DNA of 42,563 bases from Bdellovibrionales bacterium (GTDB lineage Bacteria > Bdellovibrionota_C > UBA2361 > RFPC01): the NCBI GenBank assembly GCA_020434495.1, contig JAGRAT010000001.1, positions 1 through 42,563 on the forward strand. Reading direction: 5' to 3'. The position numbers and the translations under genes are program-made. Numbering within the stretch: position 1 is the stretch's first letter; each line of letters begins with the position of its first letter. Positions 36,767 through 42,563 of the stretch are shown in pieces. The notes beneath the pieces are model-generated. The model ran no database searches and had not been told where the DNA came from. It saw nothing but the letters and a program-made list of their open reading frames with translations.

Positions 36767-37912
36767 TCGGGGAAGAAGCTCTGCAAGCTCATCAGGGTGA
36801 ATTGTATCGGTGATGAGTGGACGAATTTTTTGGAGGTGCTTCTCATAGAGAGGGTCGTAGTACCAAACGAGAAGCATCTCCATCCATTTTTTGTGAACAT
36901 CGATATTCGCATAGTGTTCATGCTCTAAGCAGGCCTGCTCGACCATTTTTTTCATTTCACCATGGCGAACCCCCCCAAGTTTCTTTTGTATCTTTGAGAG
37001 ATTGATGACGAGTGCTCTACGAAGCATTTGAAAAGGGGAAACACTTCCAAGAAATTCAAAATTCGAATATTGGGTAAAAGCCTCGAGCTGAAATGAAATG
37101 TACTCTTCTAAGAGGATGTCTACTCGCTCTTCCACTGGACGGACAAGCTCTATTCGCGGAGCTATTTTCATCGCCTCGAAAAATGAATCCGGGAGCTCTA
37201 TCCGGCCCACCATTCTGCTTTCATCCTCAACGAGTACCGATTGTTGATCTGCTTTGTGCCGAAGTAGAGCGATAGCGAGAGCGTTTTCAAAAGCTGCTTG
37301 CGCGGGCTGTTGGCCATACACCCCACCAAATGCAGACCCCTTATGATTCGCGAGACCCTCGAGGTCGAGGACTGGAATGATCGGTGCGAGCTCATGGAGG
37401 ATGCTCGTCTTTCCACATCCGGTTTTCCCAGTAAGGAGAATCATCCTGATGCCAAGCGCATGTGGGTTTAAGTGCTGAAGAAGAATTTTTCGAAGAGCTT
37501 TGTACCCTCCCGAGACTCGGGGTAACGCTGTGCCGTTCTCCAAAAGCCACTGCTGGGCTAGCTGGGAACGTAGTCCTCCGCGAGCGCAGAACAAGGCGCA
37601 AGGGCGGTGAGCATTAGCAATCTTGATCCAGCTAGCAATGCGGAGCTGTCGTGTTTCGCCGCTAACGAGCCAGTGCCCAAGTTCCTGAGCCTTGTTAGGA
37701 CCATCCTTTTTATAGATGGTTCCCACGGCATCCCTTTCGGCATTCAATAGAATTGGGCAGTTGAGGGTGTTCGGCAACTTGGCAACGGAATATTCGCCAG
37801 GCGAGCGAACATCGAGCAAGGGAGCTCCGTTTGCGAGGAAGCTTAAGGCGTCATAAGCATCTATCTTCAATTCACCCGTTGCCATCGAGGTAGTGTATAG
37901 CAACTTTCTCAC
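36719..37912 (-). CDS. selU: tRNA 2-selenouridine synthase
   Basis: Rhodanese domain with LLDVRSP.EY and the active-site motif CARGGLRS. P-loop LTGKTGCGKTS, then LEGLANHKGSAFG, VEDESRMVG and YYDPLY, collinear with E. coli SelU/MnmH. Start is GTG 37912 or, better aligned with E. coli, ATG 37885. Confidence 0.88.
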   Translation of the reverse strand: MRKLLYTTSMATGELKIDAYDALSFLANGAPLLDVRSPGEYSVAKLPNTLNCPILLNAERDAVGTIYKKDGPNKAQELGHWLVSGETRQLRIASWIKIANAHRPCALFCARGGLRSQLAQQWLLENGTALPRVSGGYKALRKILLQHLNPHALGIRMILLTGKTGCGKTSILHELAPIIPVLDLEGLANHKGSAFGGVYGQQPAQAAFENALAIALLRHKADQQSVLVEDESRMVGRIELPDSFFEAMKIAPRIELVRPVEERVDILLEEYISFQLEAFTQYSNFEFLGSVSPFQMLRRALVINLSKIQKKLGGVRHGEMKKMVEQACLEHEHYANIDVHKKWMEMLLVWYYDPLYEKHLQKIRPLITDTIHPDELAELLPRLSEIRTARPLLTGNA

Positions 37913-39621
37913 TAACGCAGCCGGACCCGTCGGATAAGCTCTTCGCAGGTATCTGGGGAGAGAAACTGTTGCAATCCCCGATGCTTACTTTTTGTTCTCA
38001 TTCCTCGTATTCGTAACTCTCGAAGATTGCTCTGTTGAAGTGTCGAGATGGTGAGCTTGTTGGCTGGGAGATCTCGAGGTATGCGTACGACTATTCTTCG
38101 GACTCCTTGGGTGTTGAGAATGGTTTTCCAGGGGGAGCAGGTGATTGTGCGACGCTGGTCGAGCAGTTCAAACGATATGTCTACTGATTGAAGCGGAGTG
38201 CCTCTGACTGAAAATCGAAATCTTCCACCGCGTTCGATGCTCTTGTGATCAGCACTGGTGGTTTTCAGTTTTGTGATAGTAACTGTAGGATCTTTGGGCT
38301 TTTTCGGGACGCCGGGAATAGGGGCGGTTTGTTCATAGATCTCTTCGACAGCTCTTCTTGCATTGAGGCGAGAAGAGCTTGAGACAAGGCCGTAGTATCC
38401 TGTAGAACGAACTCCACTGCGGAGGAGATTGTCCCGAAGCTGACCGGGGGTTAGCTCTGGTCGCTCACTGAGAACCAGCGCCGCTACTCCAGTGACATGC
38501 GGTGCAGCCATCGAGGTGCCGCTATATCGGGCATACCCGCCCGGTATCGTGCTGAGGATGTCGCTTCCTGGAGCGACGATATCTACTGAGTGCTCTCCGT
38601 AGTTTGAAAACCAAGCGATGTTTTCGTCTTCATCGCTTGCAGCTACGGAGATGATATTCTCAAGGGGAAATGCAGCTGGATACTCGGGACTACTATCGAT
38701 ATCTATTCCATCGTTCCCAGCGGCTGCAACAAGAGTTATCCCCGCAGCATTGGCTCGCTCAATGGTTTGTTCTAGCAGGACCGAAGGATAGCCTCCCCCA
38801 AACGACGCATTGATAATTTTTACATCGTTCTCTATTGCGTAATCTATGGCTGACAGCGCGCTGAAAATATTTCCTGTGCCTCCAGATCCCAAAAACTTTA
38901 GGGCCATGAGTTTCACGTTCCAGGCGATTCCGGAAATGCCCGTTGCGTTATTTGTTACTGCTCCAATGATACCAGCGCAGTGAGTTCCGTGCCCGTTGTT
39001 ATCCATCGGATCCCCCGAATCGGCCGACGTATCAATGCCAAAAACGTCGTCGATAAATCCGTTCTCATCGTCATCTATGCCGTTGTTTGGAATTTCACCT
39101 GGATTCCTCCACATGTTCGCTGCGAGGTCGGGGTGAGTGTAATCGATGCCGGTATCAAGCACTGCAACAGTGATGTCGCGAGAGCCGGTCGTCGTATCCC
39201 ATGCAACGGTCGTCTCGATTGAACTCAGGGATTGCTGGTTCGAATAGAGTGGGTCTACTGGAAGGGCGTTTGTTGCAACCACAAAATTTGGCTCGCAGTA
39301 CCACCCCTCTCCGATACCGTGGCCGTACGCTCGTAACAGGTCGTCGCATCGGCTGCGTTGACTCTCTTCGTCTACAAACTGAATCGAATCTGTACGACTC
39401 TCCGAGGGCAGATAGGACTGTGGTCCACCGGCCTCCGGAAAATCCTGCCAGCTGACGAGTGAGTGCGAAGTTGTATTGCTCTGGTTACGGATTGGGGCAA
39501 TTACGAACTGGGAGGAGACCGCGAGCGGTAGGGCTAAAACAATGTTTGGCAATAGCTGCAAGAGCAGGAGGCCCTTCCAAATCGGAGAGGGGCAAGAGCG
39601 GAACCGATACCGATCCAACAT
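37912..39621 (-). CDS. Secreted subtilisin-family (S8) serine protease
   Basis: Signal-like LLLLQLLPNIVLALPLAVSS. Catalytic triad contexts VAVLDTGIDYTHPDL, HGTHCAGIIGA and SGTSMAAPHVTGVAAL. C-terminal beta-rich extension with a basic tail. Confidence 0.9.
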   Translation of the reverse strand: MLDRYRFRSCPSPIWKGLLLLQLLPNIVLALPLAVSSQFVIAPIRNQSNTTSHSLVSWQDFPEAGGPQSYLPSESRTDSIQFVDEESQRSRCDDLLRAYGHGIGEGWYCEPNFVVATNALPVDPLYSNQQSLSSIETTVAWDTTTGSRDITVAVLDTGIDYTHPDLAANMWRNPGEIPNNGIDDDENGFIDDVFGIDTSADSGDPMDNNGHGTHCAGIIGAVTNNATGISGIAWNVKLMALKFLGSGGTGNIFSALSAIDYAIENDVKIINASFGGGYPSVLLEQTIERANAAGITLVAAAGNDGIDIDSSPEYPAAFPLENIISVAASDEDENIAWFSNYGEHSVDIVAPGSDILSTIPGGYARYSGTSMAAPHVTGVAALVLSERPELTPGQLRDNLLRSGVRSTGYYGLVSSSSRLNARRAVEEIYEQTAPIPGVPKKPKDPTVTITKLKTTSADHKSIERGGRFRFSVRGTPLQSVDISFELLDQRRTITCSPWKTILNTQGVRRIVVRIPRDLPANKLTISTLQQSNLRELRIRGMRTKSKHRGLQQFLSPDTCEELIRRVRLR

Positions 39622-39834
39622 GCAAAAAGACCTTTGTTTTTTAACCTTTCACTTCTGCTATACGGCACTTTTACTTCCACCCCACACACAGCTCATGGTT
39701 TGTCAGTTTCTTCAGCAAGAAGCGCACCAGCTAAAGATCTGCAAAGACCTCAACTGGAAACTGAACTTGTTACCTGCTAGGCAAAATTCGCCGGACATTT
39801 CTTCTCGGGCGCAGAGATGGCTGAAAACCGCAGC

Positions 39835-41082
39835 TCACTGTTCTTCTGAATCCGATTCTTCCTGAGCGAGTACGGGGAATTGAATTGTGAATTCGGCCCC
39901 GCCTTCGTCACGATTTTGAACAGTGATTTTCCCACCGTTGTCTCGTATTAGGCTCTTGCTGATTGCTAAGCCAAGTCCGGTGCCCTTACCTTCTTCTTTT
40001 GTGGTGTAGTACGGTTCCCAGATGGTGTTGAGTTTGCTTCGTGGAATTCCTGGGCCATTGTCTGACACAGTTACGGTAACCCATTCGGAGTCAGCCCAGG
40101 TGCGGACAAAAATTTTCGCTCCCTCCTGTCCTTCAAGGGCGTGGCTCGCATTTACAAAAAGATTGATGAGAACCTGTTCGACTTGCTGTGGTTCTACACG
40201 GACAAATGGAATCTCCTCCTGCAGAGTTGTCACAACCTCGATCCCGTATTTCAGATTGGCAGCACACATCTCAAGGGCGGTCTCAACGCTGGCGTTGAGA
40301 CTGTAAAATTTTTTGGATCCACGGGATGAACGCGCAAAGTTCTTCAAGCCCTGCATCAATTTGTCGATACGTTCAAGGCCGTTAGAGATACGGTCCAGAG
40401 CTTTTGGAACACGGTCAAGTATCCGAGCTTTTGTTTCATCATCCAGGGTCTCTTCCGCGTTGTCTCCACTGAGGAGCTTTGAAGTCTGTTCCCAGTAGAT
40501 TTTTGTGGTTTCGAGACTTGTAGAAATGTATCCAAGAGGATTCTTAATTTCGTGAGCAAGCCCAGCTGACATCGTGCCCAAAGTTGAGAGTCTCTCGGCA
40601 TGAAAGAGCTGACGCGCACGCTCGGCAGAAAGACGATCGACATGTCGAGCGTACCGCTCCATTACCTGTGCAGACTCCGCAAGAACCCTTCTATCCACTA
40701 CTATTTGTCTTGCAACTTCAAGCTTTGCCTTTAAGAGCGCTTCATCAAATGGAGAAGTCAAAAAGTCATGAGCGCCTTGTCCGAGAGCTTTAAGAAGATG
40801 GTTCTGGTTTTCCTGATCTCCAAATACGAGTGCATGAAAGGGGAACTCATGCCTTGTATCCCAAATGGCCTGGAGAAAGAGATTCGACTCAGAGAGTTGT
40901 TCGGTCCATTCGAAAAAGAAGAGTTCTGGAGGATGCTCATCGGTAAGAATTGCCCAGGCAGCGTCGGTATCAGTGAAGGGAATGACTGAAAAACCCCAAG
41001 AAGTGAGCCTCTCTTCAAGCTGCTGCCGTCGGATAGCTTCCGAGGTGATCGAGAGAAATACAGAGGTTGTCACTGGGATCAT
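39835..41082 (-). CDS. Cytoplasmic histidine kinase with an N-terminal degenerate receiver-like domain
   Basis: H-box LGTMSAGLAHEIKNPL. N-box LINLFVNASHAL, G1 VSDNGPGIP and G2 GKGTGLGLAI. The N-terminal ~120 aa has a receiver-like pattern but lacks the conserved acidic and Lys residues. No TM helix. Confidence 0.85.
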   Translation of the reverse strand: MIPVTTSVFLSITSEAIRRQQLEERLTSWGFSVIPFTDTDAAWAILTDEHPPELFFFEWTEQLSESNLFLQAIWDTRHEFPFHALVFGDQENQNHLLKALGQGAHDFLTSPFDEALLKAKLEVARQIVVDRRVLAESAQVMERYARHVDRLSAERARQLFHAERLSTLGTMSAGLAHEIKNPLGYISTSLETTKIYWEQTSKLLSGDNAEETLDDETKARILDRVPKALDRISNGLERIDKLMQGLKNFARSSRGSKKFYSLNASVETALEMCAANLKYGIEVVTTLQEEIPFVRVEPQQVEQVLINLFVNASHALEGQEGAKIFVRTWADSEWVTVTVSDNGPGIPRSKLNTIWEPYYTTKEEGKGTGLGLAISKSLIRDNGGKITVQNRDEGGAEFTIQFPVLAQEESDSEEQ

Positions 41083-41535
41083 TCCTGCTTGTCGTACTAG
41101 GGAGGTATCGACCGAAAAGCCGGAACTTCTTTAGTGAATTATAGAGAAATTACTTATGCCGTCGTACCTCAACTTGGCACTCCTGCTGAGTCTCTAAATG
41201 TATGAAATGAATGATTATTTACGAGATACCGGAGCGGATGAGAAGAACTGAACCTGAAGTCCATTCTTTGAGGCCACGCTCATATGAATGCTGACGTGTA
41301 TTCGCGGTTGATAGCGCCCTTTCTATGAGGCGGCAAAACGGGAAAATGAGTTTCGAAAATAGGGAACTGCAGAAATTCAACTCAGGGATTTGTGAGTATC
41401 TTCGAAGGTCTTTTCAGAAGCTATCTCCAAGACACCACATGCTATGAACTCGAGGAAGGAGTTGCCTCCGGTGGTACTACATTTTTTCTGCCAGACTGTT
41501 GTGAGGTTTGGACAGGTGCTACCGTCAAAGTGGTC

Positions 41536-42563
41536 ATGAGAAGAATTATTTTGTCTGTTATTTCGGTGGTTCTCCTGAGTGGATGTTCGCCTTATCAGGT
41601 GAGAGAGTTTTCTACCCCGAGTATTGAACCGCCGGTCCACTTTAGTGAAAAGTTTGACCAGCCCCTGCTGAACCTCGAAGGGAGGAAGACGGCGCCTTAC
41701 TGGACCCAGTACGGTGCCCCCAAGCTTGAAACTCTCGTATCAGCCGCCTTCGAAAATAACTTTTCCCTCTCTGAGGTGATTGCGCGAATAGAGCAGGTGA
41801 GAGCCCAAGCCCAGGTAGCAGGGGCAGGCCGTTTCCCTCAACTTACAGTTGAAGGTACTGGTCGACGTACACGGGTAGAAACTCGAACGCCAATTTTCGC
41901 AGGTGGATTCACCCCCGCTACTCAGATTATTCAGAATCAGTTCGCTGTGAGTAACGGGCTCTCGTATGAACTCGATCTTTGGGAACGGGTAGCATCTACA
42001 AATCGTGCCGCACTGCTTCGGGTTCGTGCTACCGAAACAGAGCTTGAAAGCTCGGCCCTTTCCCTGTCTGGAGAAGTATTTCGACAGTGGATGACCGCGC
42101 TGGAAGCCGTGCAACTAGAACGAGTGTTAGAAGAGCAAATCGAGACGAGCAAGACTTTTTTAGAGCTTACAGAGCTCCGATTTTCGCTGAGCCAGGGGAC
42201 GGCACTAGATGTTTTCGACCAGCGGCAGCAGCTCGCTTCGCTTCGAACACAGCTGCCACGTGTTGAGATGAGTCGAGATCAAGCTCTACACCGATTGGCG
42301 GTGCTTACTGGTCAAGCCCCTGGAGCCGTCACTCTTGAAGCTGTTGGAGATTTTTTTCATGTTGTACCAGAGTGGATTCCAGATGTGAGGCCCGCGGACC
42401 TCATTGTGCTCCGCCCAGACCTGCGTTCGATACTGTTTCAGCTTCAAGCGAGTGAGTATGATGTTGCCGCTGCTGTAGCTGATCGCTTTCCTCGTTTAAC
42501 GGTTGGGTTCCAGTACAATTTTACAACTCCCGACCTCGATTCTCTCTTTCCGAACAAAACCCT
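41536..42563 (+). CDS. RND-efflux outer-membrane factor lipoprotein, NodT family (5' partial; runs off the window; absent from the ORF track)
   Basis: My own translation from ATG 41536 gives MRRIILSVISVVLLSGCSPYQ (lipobox LSGC), then ...LETLVSAAFENNFSLSEVIARIEQVRAQAQVAGAGRFPQLTV...YELDLWERV...LELTELRFSLSQGTALDVFDQRQQL...LAVLTGQAP... The frame stays open to base 42563. Confidence 0.8.
   Translation, partial: MRRIILSVISVVLLSGCSPYQVREFSTPSIEPPVHFSEKFDQPLLNLEGRKTAPYWTQYGAPKLETLVSAAFENNFSLSEVIARIEQVRAQAQVAGAGRFPQLTVEGTGRRTRVETRTPIFAGGFTPATQIIQNQFAVSNGLSYELDLWERVASTNRAALLRVRATETELESSALSLSGEVFRQWMTALEAVQLERVLEEQIETSKTFLELTELRFSLSQGTALDVFDQRQQLASLRTQLPRVEMSRDQALHRLAVLTGQAPGAVTLEAVGDFFHVVPEWIPDVRPADLIVLRPDLRSILFQLQASEYDVAAAVADRFPRLTVGFQYNFTTPDLDSLFPNKT

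Noticed and set aside
41377-41640. 87-aa minus-strand ORF spanning the start of the outer-membrane factor gene.
   Set aside because: It lies antisense to a well-supported lipoprotein signal sequence and its upstream region, and it has no motif.

Overview
This is a 42.5-kb chromosomal segment from a Gram-negative bacterium. The Gram-negative call rests on a NodT-type outer-membrane lipoprotein, an AMIN domain and O-antigen-type sugar genes. G+C is roughly half by eye. All calls come from reading the supplied translations and DNA and from remembered family motifs; no search was run.

(1) Bases 1-13.5 kb are a surface-polysaccharide locus.
- One arm encodes a CDP-3,6-dideoxyhexose (tyvelose-type) pathway: rfbS-like reductase, rfbE, rfbF, rfbG and rfbH.
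- A Dpm1/GtrB-like GT2 is embedded in that arm, followed by a polytopic membrane protein.
- The convergent arm carries a methyltransferase-like/GT2 fusion, GDP-fucose synthase, a SAM methyltransferase and a second polytopic membrane protein.

(2) Bases 13.6-32.8 kb mix housekeeping genes, secreted proteins and orphan genes.
- Housekeeping/repair genes: ogt-type MGMT, IMPase/CysQ-like, HMGL-like, mutM.
- Secreted proteins: a ~1000-aa protein with a PT-rich linker, a metzincin protease and an NxxGxxAF-repeat protein.
- Orphans include a Cas4/DUF83-type nuclease split into two translationally coupled halves that each carry a hydrophobic helix, an RGG-box protein, and an AMIN-TM-J-like protein.

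(3) Bases 32.8-42.6 kb hold a GntR-RarD operon with a perfect palindromic operator, a 620-bp ORF-free region, OsmC, tRNA 2-selenouridine synthase, an S8 protease, a histidine kinase with a degenerate receiver, and a partial NodT-family outer-membrane factor.

I recognised no rRNA, tRNA, CRISPR array, transposase or integrase. My best candidate for an undescribed system is the orphan split Cas4-like cassette at 21.2-22.8 kb. That rests on motif reading only and needs homology and structure checks.
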